DNA from: Eledone cirrhosa
Lineage: Eukaryota
Length of the DNA: 64,000 bases
Assembly (NCBI GenBank): GCA_964016885.1
Contig: OZ024740.1
Span: 333,312,001-333,376,000 of the forward strand
Reading direction: 5' to 3'
Shown here piece after piece: positions 12,451 through 24,500 of the stretch (positions are counted from its first letter, which is position 1; every line of letters begins with the position of its first letter). Under the pieces are notes generated by a model, which saw nothing but the letters and a program-made list of their open reading frames with translations, made no database searches and was not told the origin of the DNA. The position numbers and the translations under genes were made by a program.

Positions 12451-15400
12451 CCTTGAATCTCAGTCATTGATGTTGGTTAACTGGAAAGTCCGTTGGATTG
12501 AATATCAAGCCACTACCTGCAGCCTCAGATATTCAGGACGTATCGGAGGGTTCTTGCCGTTCCAAGCAAGCATGCCTTTTGAAGCGTTCCAAAAAGCGTG
12601 AAGGGCCGATTGTCTTTAACCATCCCTGGAAACCTTTGGAGATAGTCCCCAGTGCGCCTATGACAATCGGGATCACTTTGACTTCATGGCAGTTCCAAAT
12701 CCTTTTCACCTCCCACTTTAGGTCCTGGTATCGGTTAATTTTCTCCCTCTCCTTCTCTTGCACTCTCGTGTCGAACGGGCAGGCCACATCCACAATCAGG
12801 CACGATCTTTTTTCTTTGTCCACAACCACCAGGTCAGGTCTATTGTGTTCCAGTTTTTTGTCCGTCTGTATCCTAAAATCCCACAGCACCTTCACCTGAC
12901 TGTTCTCCATCACCGCCTCTGGCCTATGCTCATACCATTTCTCAGAATGTGGTAGATTGTTTACTTTGCACAGGTGCCAGTGGATCACCCTGCCCATCAC
13001 ATCGTGTCTCCAGCCCTTATAGTGGGTCTGGGCTAGGTGTTTACACTCGGACACAATGTGAGCCACAGTCTCCTCTCTCTCTCCACAGATCCTGCACAGT
13101 GGGCTAGCCTCCTCCTTGTAGATATGGTGCTTCAACCACTTCGTTTTGAGGGCCTGCTCCTGCGCAGCCATTAGCATTCCTTCTGTAGCCTTTTTGAGGT
13201 CTCCTCTTCTCAACCAGTTCCATGTCTGTGGATCTCTAAATTCAGTTTTCTCAAAGAAGGTACTATGAAGGGATTTTCCCTTAAGGCTGCTCTTCCTCCT
13301 TGATGTTATTTCCTCCTTGGGTATCCCCTGGCCTACTGTCCCCTCCTTCAGTACAGCTCTGAGCATTGGCTCCTTACTATAGGTCACGTATTTGTATAGG
13401 TTGTTTTTCTCCATCTGAACACAGTCCTCTATGCTGATAAGAACTCTTCCACCCTCAGATCTCCTTAGGTAGAGTCTATCGACATCACTCCTCTTGTGGA
13501 ACATGTTGTAGATAGTCAATAGCTTCCTAGTCTTCCTATCCATTTCTTTTTGTTCAGCAACATTCCATCTCAGGATTCCCGCACTGTACCTAATAATAGA
13601 CACAGCTCGGGAATTTACTGCGCTTATGGCATTTCTGCTGTTCAGATGTGACTTCAATACGCTCCTTACTCTCCGAATGTATTCAGTTCTTAACAATTCC
13701 TTCATTTTTTTGTTCTTTATGCCATCAGCCTCCAGAACGCCCAAATACTTGTATTCTTCCTCAGAGTCAATTTCCTTTATCATCTCACCTGTTGGTATCT
13801 GGATCCCGTTACTTCTGCTCAACCTACCCCTCCTCATCACAATGACTCCACATTTACCAATACCAAACTGCATACATATATCACTGCTGAAAATACGGAC
13901 AGTGTCAACAAGCACATCCAACTCCTTCTCACTTTTCCCGAAGAGCTAAAGATCGTCCATGAAGAGGAGGTGATTGATGGTAAGCTCTCCCCTTCCCAAC
14001 TTGTATCCTGCTCTCACTTTTCGCAGCATAATGGTCAAGGGCATCAGGGCAAGGACAAACAACAGAGGGGACAGGCTATCTCCCTGGAAGATACCTCTCT
14101 TGATCTTCACGCTTCCCAAGGATACTCCAGTTGATGTCAACTCTGTCTCCCAGGACCCCATACTCCTGCCCAGCAACTGTCTGATGTTATCTGCCACCCT
14201 GAAGATCTCCAGGCTTTTGGTGATCCAGGAATGAGGCACCATGTCAAATGCCTTTCTGTAGTCTATCCATCCCATGGCAAGATCAGTGTGTCTCCTCCTG
14301 CAATTCCCCATTACCATCTTATCAATAAGCAACTGGTCCTTTGTACCACGTGACTTCTTTCGGCATCCTTTCTGTTCGTCCGGCAACAAGTTGTTTGTGT
14401 GGAGGTGATGGTAGATTTCCTCAGACACAATGCTCGTCAACAGTTTCCACATTACGGGCAGACATGTGATAGGTCTATAGTTGGTAACATCATTACCCTT
14501 GATTCGGTCTTTCATTATCAGAACTGTGGTACCTTTTGTCAACCACTCTGGCACCTCACCCGACACCAAGCAGTCATTGAACATGGCCGTCAGCTTCGGG
14601 TGGAGGGATGTTAAATGTTTAATCCAATACCCCTGCACACCATCAGGGCCTGGTGATTTCCAGTTGGTTAGTTTTTTGGCTTGCCCCTTAAGAGTTTCAA
14701 CTGTGATACTCAAATCAGTCTGTTGCTGTGCCTGCTCACCGATCTCCCTCTGTACTGTCTCAATCCACCCTGCCTGGGCATTGTGTCTAACATCCTGCTC
14801 CCATATTCCTCTCCAGAATGTTTTAGCTTGTTCCGCCCCAGGGATCAAGTCGTTGCCTCTTTCTTTCCCCTCAAGCTGTCCAAACAGCATCTTCTGGTTG
14901 TTGTCGAACATGCGGTTCTGTTTATACTGACTGACTCTGTTCTCGTATCGCCTGATTTTGGCACTCTTTGCTACAATGCGTTGCTTCAATTCCTCTATGA
15001 TAATATTTAGCTTTTTACTCCTAGTTTTGTATTTTATTTCCAGTCTATTTTTAGTGCCTATGTTTTTTAGTGTCCCATTCAGTAGTGACTCAAGCTTTCC
15101 TATGTCATTTCTCATTTCCCCGATTTGCCCACTCAGTCGCTTCCTCCACCACGGCTCTGCTCTTTCTTGTCTGTTGTTTCCTCTCGCTTTTATACCAAGT
15201 AGTTTCCTCACCGTATTTGCTGTTGCTTTGAGGATATTGTTGCACTGGTGAAGACTCCTCGCCTCAAGGTATGGGATGACTTTGTTTACCTTAGCTGTTG
15301 TTTCTTTTAACTTTTTCCTGTCTACAAATCTTAGGTTCATAGGTCTCCCACTATCATTGTTCAACTCATCTACCACTAAATTTAGGATGTCAACCGAATC

Positions 15401-16080
15401 TTGTCCTAGCCCGTCAGCATTCATCTCCTCAGTGGCCGTATCTCTGTTCCAGGTATTATTTATCTCAGTATTCAGATCATTGTCTGCTTCGGGTGGTTCC
15501 TCCGTTCTCAGGACCTCCTCACCTTCATTTCCCGCCGGCTCGCTTGTCTGGCATACTACACCCGCCATCTCCAAGCCATTCTCTCTGCTCAGTTCCTCCA
15601 GTTCCAGCTCGCTTATCCACCCATTAGTTCTTATTACCCGAGCCTGCCCGGCCAATTTTTGTTCATCTAATTTAAATAAACCAATCTCGTTCCAGATGTT
15701 ATGCATCCGTCTCCTGTAGCCCCTCTCCTTGGGGTTACTTTTCAGGTAGCATTGCATAACAGTTCTATTCAATTCTTTCGTCCAGTTGGTTCTGGCCCCT
15801 TTCCTTCTTCTTCTTCCTCCAACATCAGCAGTATTTGGTTGACAGTCAGGTTCCTGCTGCTGAGCCAGGGGGCACCTGTTGGGTGAGAGTCTGTCACATG
15901 ACGTTCTAGTCTCCATTTCACCGTTATTCGAACTGTTTATGTTCGATATTTAAACACTCTTATCGAGGATTGGCGAATGTATGTTTACATAGCCATCTGT
16001 GGATCCGCCATCCCACTTGGCCCTTGTGTGGCATTATCACCACGCTGTATACGGACACACATAAACAAACAAACACACGG
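12451..16080 (-). mobile_element. R4/Dong-type RLE non-LTR retrotransposon, near full length (Dong A)
   Basis: Single long ORF with N-terminal W..E....MQCY...GYRRRM..IW, RT (QGDSLSP, HLLFMDD), CRICGEREETVAHIVSEC knuckle, and RHD and HNRPDL..DVACPFD restriction-like endonuclease motifs. The 3' end abuts (TAA)n. The 5' boundary is approximate. Confidence 0.93.
12533..15916 (-). pseudogene. Dong A RT-RLE ORF (~1130 codons) with one nonsense codon and one terminal frameshift
   Basis: ORFs 13946-15916 and 12533-13921 are in frame. Comparison with copy B shows AAG>TAG right after FMDDL and a 1-nt deletion near 12601. Confidence 0.9.
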
Positions 16081-16484
16081 GCAGAAAGGGCCCCAAAAAT
16101 GAATAAGCATAAGTTTCATTGTAATGTAGTATTCGAATGTCTGACTTAGTTTTTGTTTTTTAAGTTTTACTTTTTCCCCCCTCTTCTCTGTCCGCCCGCC
16201 TGCTTCTCTCTTCATTCTTATTTCTTTACGTTTTTGGGGTTTCTTTTTTTGTTTTTGTTTTTCTCTGTTTTTCTCGTTTTTTACTGTTGTTGCTGTGCTG
16301 CTTTTGTTGTTTGTTTTTTCTTTTTTCTTTTGAGTCTATCTATATATGTTGATGCCTTCCTCTTTGTTAGTAGTAGGAATTCTATAATGTGGAAGTGGTA
16401 GCCAGCAGAGACTGGCGGCGCTGGCGATACTGAGACAGTGGTGGTGGTGATGTCGGTACCGAGGCAGTGGTGGCGGTGATGCGA

Positions 16485-17473
16485 CCGTATTACTGTAGTG
16501 ATGGTGCTGTAGCGGTGGCAGCAGCAGTGAAGGAGTCAGGGGGGGGGGTGGCGGCGGTGATGGGATAGTGGTGGTAATGATGGCCGTAGTGAGCGGTGGT
16601 GGTGAAGGTGAAAATGCTGTTGTGTTTAGTGTACACAGATGATGGGGTGGGTGGTGTATCTAGTTTCTGGTGTTGGTGAGTTTCGCTGTCCTATATAGTG
16701 TAGCCAGAGGAGAGGAGAGGGGGGGGGGTTCTTCTTCTTCCATTTATAGCCATTTTATTTTTTTTTTTTGGATATACAGTGTACAATACAATGTTGAATA
16801 TTTGAATATTTGAGCCGTATTACTGTAGTGATGGTGCTGTAGCGGTGGCAGCAGCAGTGAAGGAGTCAAGGGGTGGTGGCGGCGGTGATGGGATAGTGGT
16901 GGTAATGATGGCCGTAGTGAGCGGTGGCGGTGAAGGTGAAAATGCTGTTGTGTTTAGTGTACACAGATGATGGGGTGGGTGGTGTATCTAGTTTTTGGTG
17001 TTGGTGAGTTTCGCTGTCCTATATAGTGTAGCCAGAGGAGAGGAGGGGGGGGGGGGGTTCTTCTTCTTCCATTTATAGCCATTTTATTTATTTATTTTTT
17101 TTTTTTGGATATACAGTGTACAATACAAAGTTGAATATTTGAATATTTGAGCCGTATTACTGTAGTGATGGTGCTGTAGCGGTGGCAGCAGCAGTGAAGG
17201 AGTCAAGGGGTGGTGGCGGCGGTGATGGGATAGTGGTGGTAATGATGGCCGTAGTGAGCGGTGGCGGTGAAGGTGAAAATGCTGTTGTGTTTAGTGTACA
17301 CAGATGATGGGGTGGGTGGTGTATCTAGTTTCTGGTGTTGGTGAGTTTAGCTGTCCTATATAGTGTAGCCAGAGGAGAGGAGGGGGGGGGGGGTTCTTCT
17401 TCTTCCATTTATAGCCATTTTTTTTTGGATATACAGTGTACAATACAAAGTTGAATATTTGAATATTTGAGCC
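16485..17473. repeat. Three tandem ~330-bp units
   Basis: CCGTATTACTGTAGTGATGGTGC begins at 16485, 16815 and 17152. Units differ mainly in homopolymer length. Confidence 0.95.
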
Positions 17474-17639
17474 TTATAACAATATATTTTGGGTCCGAAT
17501 TTTTTTTGGGCTCAAGCCGGGTGCTTTACGTAGCATTTGTACTAAGAGTTGTTATTTCACAAATGATTTAAATATGTTAAAAATTCAAAACTTACGGGAG
17601 CGATTTCATGACCTCCGTCACCTCGTGCGTCTTCTTCCC

Positions 17640-17713
<74 letters not shown>

Positions 17714-17720
17714 GTTATTA

Positions 17721-18015
17721 CTCTTTGAGTCTCAGTCATTGATGTTAGTTAACTGGAAAGTTTGTTGAAATGAATATCAAGCCACTACCTGCAGCCTCGG
17801 TATCGGTTAATTTTCTCCCTCTCCTTCTCTCGCACTCTCGTGTCGAATGGGCAGGCCACATCCACAATCAGGCACGATCTTTTTTCTTTGTCCAAAACCA
17901 CCAGGTCAGGTCTATTGTGTTCCAGTTTCTTGTCCGTCTGTATCCTAAAATCCCACAGCACCTTCACCTGATCGTTTTCTATCACCGCCTCTGGCTTATG
18001 CTCATACCACTTCTC
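17721..18015 (-). mobile_element. Dong 3' fragment (second subfamily) with internal deletion, flanked by (TAA)n on both sides
   Basis: KWYEHKPE...HNRPDLVVLDK plus the Dong 3' UTR. Shares diagnostic bases with the copy at 55081. Confidence 0.9.
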
Positions 18016-18018
18016 CTC

Positions 18019-18049
<31 letters not shown>

Positions 18050-18058
18050 GTTGTTATT

Positions 18059-21000
18059 CCTTGAATCTCAGTCATTGATGTTGGTTAACTGGAAAGTCCG
18101 TTGGAATGAATATCAAGCCACTACCTGCAGCCTCAGATATTCAGGACGTATCGGAGGGTTCTTGCTGTTCCCAGCAAGCATGCCTTTTGAAGCGTTCCAA
18201 AATGCGTGAAAGGGCCGATTGTCTTTAACCATCCCTGGAAACTTTTGGAGATAGTCCCCAGTGCGCCTATGACAATCGGGATCACTTTGATTTCATGGCA
18301 GCTCCAAATTCTCTTCACCTCCCACTTTAGGTCCTGGTATCGGTTAATTTTCTCCCTCTCCTTCTCTTGCACTCTCGTGTCGAAAGGGCAGGCCACATCC
18401 ACAATCAGACACGATCTTTTTTCTTTGTCCACAACCACCAGGTCAGGTCTATTGTGTTCCAATTTTTTGTCCGTCTGTATCCTAAAATTCCACAGCACCT
18501 TCACCTGATTGTTCTCCATCACCGCCCCCGGCCTATGCTCATACCATTTCTCAGAATGTGGTAAATTGTTTACTTTGCACAGTGGATCACCCTGCCCATC
18601 ACATCGTGTCTCCAGCCCTTATAGTGGGTCTGGGCTAGGTGTTTACACTCGGACACAATGTGAGCCACAGTCTCCTCTCTCTCTCCACAGATCCTGCACA
18701 GTGGGCTAGCCTCCTCCTTGTAAATATGGTGCTTCAACCACTTCGTTTTGAGGGCCTGCTCCTGCGCAGCCATTAGCATTCCTTCTGCAGCCTTTTTGCG
18801 GTCTCCTCTTCTCAACCAGTTCCATGTCTGTGGATCTCTAAATTCAGTTTACTCAAAGAAGGTACTATGAAGGGATTTTCCCTTAAGGCTGCTCTTCCTC
18901 CTTGATGTTATTTCCTCCTTGGACATCCCCTGGCCTACTGTCCCCTCCTTCAGTACAGTTCTGAGCATTGGCTCCTTACTATAGGTCACGTATTTGTATA
19001 GGTTGTTTTTCTCCATCTGAACACAGTCCTCTATGCTGATAAGACCTCTTCCACCCTCAGATCTCCTTAGGTAGAGTCTATCGACATCACTCCTCTTGTG
19101 GAACATGTTGTAGATAGTCAATAGCTTCCTAGTCTTCCTATCCATTTCTTTTTGTTCAGCAACATTCCATCTCAGAATTCCCGCACTGTACCTAATAATA
19201 GACACAGCTCGGGAATTTACTGCGCTTATGGCATTTCTGCTGTTCAGATGTGACTTCAATACGCTCCTTACTCTCCGAATGTATTCAGTTCTTAACAATT
19301 CCTTCATTTTTTTGTTCTTTATGCCATCAGCCTCCAGAACGCCCAAATACTTGTATCCTTCCTCAGAGTCAATTTCCTTTATCATCTCACCTGTTGGTAT
19401 CTGGATCCCGTTACTTCTGCTCAACCTACCCCTCCTCATCACAATGACTCCACATTTACCAATACCAAACTGCATACATATATCACTGCTGAAAATACGG
19501 ACAGTGTCAACAAGCACATCCAACTCCTTCTCACTTTTCCCGAAGAGCTTAAGATCGTCCATGAAGAGGAGGTGATTGATGGTAAGCTCTCCCTTTACCA
19601 ACTTGTATCCTGCTCTCACTTTTCGCAGCATAATGGTCAAGGGCATCAGGGCAAGGACAAACAACAGAGGGGACAGGCTATCTCCCTGGAAGATACCTCT
19701 CTTGATCTTCACGCTTCCCAAGGATACTCCAGTTGATGTCAACTCTGTCTCCCAGGACCCCATACTCCTGCCCAGCAACTGTCTGATGTTATCTGCCACC
19801 CTGAAGATCTCCAGGCTTTTGGTGATCCAAGAATGAGGCACCATGTCAAATGCCTTTCTGTAGTCTATCCATCCCATGGCAAGATCAGTGTGTCTCCTCC
19901 TGCAATTCCCCATTACCATCTTATCAATAAGTAACTAGTCCTTTGTACCACGTGACTTCTTTCGGCATCCTTTCTGTTCGTCCGGTAACAAGTTGTTTGT
20001 GTGGAGGTGATGGTAGATTTCCTCAGACACAATGCTCGTCAACAGTTTCCACATTACGGACAGACATGTGATAGGTCTATAGTTGGTAACATCATTACCC
20101 TTGATTCGGTCTTTCATTATCAGAACTCTGGTACCTTTTTTCAACCACTCTGGCACCTCACCCGACACCAAGCAGTCATTGAACATGGCCGTCAGCTTCG
20201 GGTGGAGGGATGTTAAATTGTTAATCCAATACACCTGCACACTATCTGGGCCTGGTGATTTCCAGTTGGTTAGTTTTTTGGCCTGACCCTTAAGAGTTTC
20301 AACTGTGATACTCAAATCAGTTTGTTGGTGTGCCTGCTCACCGATCTCCCTCTGTACTGTCTCAATCCACCCTGCCTGGTCATTATGTCTAACATCCTGC
20401 TCCCATATTCCTCTCCAGAATGTTTTAGTTTACTCCGCCCCAGGGATCAAGTCGTTGCCTCTTTCTTTCCCCTCAAGCTGTCCAAACAGCATCTTCTGGT
20501 TGTTGTCGAACATGCGGTTCTGTTTATACTGACTGACTCTGTTCTCGTATCGCCTGATTTTTGCACTCTTTGCTACAATGCGTTGCTTCAATTCCTCTAT
20601 GATAATATTTAGCTTTTTCCTCCTAGTTTTGTACTTTATTTCCAGTCTATTTTTAGTTCCTATGTTTTTTAGTGTCCCATTCAGTAGTGACTCAAGCTTT
20701 CCTATGTCATTTCTCATTTCCCCGATTTGACCACTCAGTCGTTTCTTCCACCACGGCTCTGCTCTTTCTTGTCTGTTGTTTCCTCTCGCTTTTATACCAA
20801 GTAGTTTCCTCACCGTATTTGCTGTTGCTTTGAGGATATTGTTGCACTGGTGAAGGCTCCTCGCCTCAAGGTATGGGATGACTTTGTTTACCTTAGCTGT
20901 TGTTTCTTTTAACTTTTTCCTGTCTACAAATCTTAGGTTCATAGGTCTCCCACTATCATTGTTCAATTCATCTACCACTAAATTTAGGATGTCAACCGAA

Positions 21001-21533
21001 TCTTGTCCTAGCCCGTCAGCATTCATCTCCTCAGTGGCCGTATCTCTGTTCCAGGTATTATTTATCTCAGTATTCAGATCATTGTCTGCTTCGGGTGGTT
21101 CCTCCGTTCTCAGGACCTCTTCACCTTCATTTCCCACTGGCTCGCTTGTCTGGCATACTACACCCGCCATCTCCAAGCCATTCTCTCTGCTCAGTTCCTC
21201 CAGTTCCAGCTCGCTTATCCACCCATTAGTTCTTATTACCCGAGCCTGCCCAGCCAGTTTTTGTTCATCTAATTTAAATAGACCAATCTCGTTCCAGATG
21301 TTATGCATCCGTCTACTGTAGCCCCTCTCCTTGGGGTTACTTTTCAGGTAACATTGCATAACAGTTCTATTCAATTCTTTCGTCCAGTTGGTTCTGGCCC
21401 CTTTCCTTCTTCTTCTTCCTCCAACATCAGCAGTATTTGGTTGACAGTCAGGTTCCTGCTGCTGAGCCAGGGGGCACCTGTTGGGTGAGAGTCTGTCACA
21501 TGACGTTCTAGTCTCCATTTCACCGTTATTCGA
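18059..21533 (-). mobile_element. Dong B, full ORF region, multiple stops/frameshifts
   Basis: ORFs 20430-21518, 19935-20315, 18849-19919, 18570-18815 and 18133-18522 are nearly identical to Dong A. Homology ends ~15 nt upstream of the ATG. Confidence 0.93.
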
Positions 21534-24500
21534 TGTAAGTTTATTTATTTACCTGTCAAAACTTGTTTATTGAATTTTTGTTTATTGAAGTTTATTGAAT
21601 TTTTGTTGTATAAGTCATACAAGCCCTTGCACTGTGTCCTGTCAAATGGAAATGATAATATTTGGGCCTTTTGGCCTAAATATTTGAACTCTTTTTCATT
21701 TTAAAAAAATTAACGAAAAAAGAATAAACAAAAAAACATGGCCGAGTCACGCCCCGCAGCGATATGTCTGCTGTCGTGCGACAAGACGTAAAAGTTGAGA
21801 GGAGCGCTACGGTGAAATTAACAGAAATTGATACAACAAACACCACCACAAACAATGTGAATAAATACTGCAATGATAACAACACTGAGAACTCTAATTT
21901 TGAAAAAAATGACAGTAACAGCGACAACGAAAATACAGATAACGAAAACAATGACAAATGCAACAATCCCACTAACATGAAAACAAATAGCGACAACACC
22001 AACAGCAACAATACCAATTGCACCGAGAACAACGGCGGCACCAAAGACAACAATGATAACAGCGACAGTGATAACAACACCAACAATAACAACCACAACA
22101 ACAACAACAATAACACACCCAACAACAACAAGAAGAACACTTTCGCTGCGGCAGCAGCAAAAAAGAGGCCATGGACCTCTCAAACAAAGATGAAAAATTG
22201 GCTCAGGCCTGGAAGCTCATCAAGCAAGAGCAAACCTGGGCCAACTTAACTGTCCCGGTAGAAGCTATTGAGGCAGTGGAGCGCAGAATGGTGCATTATA
22301 GATGAATCTCAGCACAAACCAAAAGGGCAGCTTTAATTCCACAAGCAGATGTCGAAGAGGTGCATCGGAGAATACACCGAATACCTAGCGAGGGGCAAAG
22401 AGGACGGCACCATTTCGGTGCTGTTCAAGTCAGAAGCCCACGCTATGAAACACGCTATGACTCCTTGGAAAACCATCAAGGTCATAATGTACCCCTCCCA
22501 CATGGGAAAAAGAACGGCCCGTCTCCGCATTCCAGATTCCCACCAGGACTTGACGTGTGGTGGCTTCTGGGATGTGTGACAAGAACGGCCTGAAAGGACT
22601 GGTCCGGGGTTGACCTGGAGATACTTCTCCAGATCAGGCCCGAGAATTTGAAGACAATCCCGGATTACATCCGCCTTCGGAATGGGACGGTCATTCATAT
22701 TATGACCGAGGGCAAAATGCCGCATTGTTTTGTTTGTGGGGAAAAAACCCATTTGCGAGCCCTCTGGCCTCAATCAACTGCTGAAAGATGCAAGTGGTCG
22801 AAGGGCTCCACTGCTGCCGACGCCGTGGCGAGGACCAAACCCAACACCAGCACCGGTAAAACCACCTAACAACAACACCAATAGAAAGACCACCACCAAC
22901 ATTGACCACTGAGGGGGAAACGAGGAAAGTTGTCAAATTCGCCCTTCCCCCAAAATACACACATCAATAAAAACATAAACACGCACACACACACACACTT
23001 ACTGACACAGACCCCTCATCTACCAGTAGTGAAGATGAAGCAAAACAAAATCCCCAAAATACCAAAAAGGAAACACAAAAAGGAAATATAAAACTCAACA
23101 AAGCACAAAATCACCCCCAATAAAAAATGCAGACACCACCTACGCAAACATTTCTCCAATAACACCAAAATCAATACCACCATCACCATCACCAGAATCC
23201 CCCAAACGCAAACAACCTAAACAGACGCAAGAACAAATACACATACAAACATCTGAAACCACAGACACCGCTCTCACAACAAACACAGATACAAGCGGAA
23301 CAACAACACCAAAACTACAGCCACGCAAACAAATAAAATCACACCAACAGAACATACAAAACTTCGTGCTCGTCAGGAGGGCCAACAAAGAACTGATGGC
23401 CCTCGTAGCACGCAGTGAAAATATACAAAAAGAGCACATTTCGCTTCCAGAAGATTTGTTTCTGGTTCGAATGTCGCTCGATTTATACAAATAGATACGA
23501 GACAGCTTTCCTTGGGACGTGGGGATCCCGAACGTAAAACCCACTTCAAGACTTTTAAAGGAGTTCCCAAAAGAAACCCCACCAATTATGGAGGTCGTAC
23601 CACCTGACCTTCACAAGAGCCCGGAAGGTAAGTAAACCTTTCCTCTCTCTCTTTCAACCTGGCAACATGGCCATATTAAGAGTAGGAAGTTTAAATGTTC
23701 GAGGCCTGGGATCGTCCTGGAAGGGTCACCTGCTCAACGACCTCAGGTCTATAGAAATTGATGTAATTGCCGTCAGCGAGACCAGGATTTCCGATACGTG
23801 TGTACTAGCCCCCATTTCGACGACTATCAGATCTTTGCATCTGTTAGTCGGCCGGGAATTGGAGGTGGGGTGGCAGTGTTGTTTAGGAAAGGCCTGGATC
23901 TCGAGGTAAGGTCGATCTTCCGGGACCCGGACGGGAAGTTAGTATTCCTGGACGTGAACAATAACGAAGGTGGTGCTTTTAGACTCGTGGCCGTCTACTG
24001 GGGCAGGACGCTCGGATTTCTTTAGCCGCCTGGAACCCTTTCTGGGTACGTCTCGCCCTTTACTGTTAGCGGGGGAATAGAACGGCATCTGAGACGCATG
24101 CTGGGACTGTGTCGGAGTATCCGATAGGAGCGGGGTGTGCAAGAGTCTCAAGAACCTTATCAAACTGTCTGACAGGTACCGACTAGATTTCCCTAATGCG
24201 CCAGTGTGGACCTGGACTAACCGCATAGGGTCATCCAGACCGTATATAGACAGGATATTCCTTAGGAAAATAGACATAAATAGTCTAAGCTGGCCACGTT
24301 TTAAAACGGTCGCCTATTCAGATCACAAGTTTGTGATCTGCATCGTCGACCTAGATAAGACGCGTAGGTTAGGACCTGGTTACTTGAAGCTAAACAAGTC
24401 ATTTCCGGCACGAAAGGCTTACAGGGATCAGGTCAACAATTTAGTTAAGAAAAAGTTGACAGGGGGCAGTCGTCAAAAATAGATGGTGGGGGGGATCTCA

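Noticed and set aside
15915-16060. HDV-like ribozyme in the Dong leader (minus strand: UUCGCC/GGUGAA, UCCUCG, UCGAAC/GUUCGA hairpin)
   Set aside because: Some helices fit, but the P1.1 GG and the catalytic C in J4/2 are missing. A covariance-model search is needed.
16485-17473. CRISPR-like or ribozyme-bearing array
   Set aside because: Whole units repeat without unique spacers and I found no hammerhead core.
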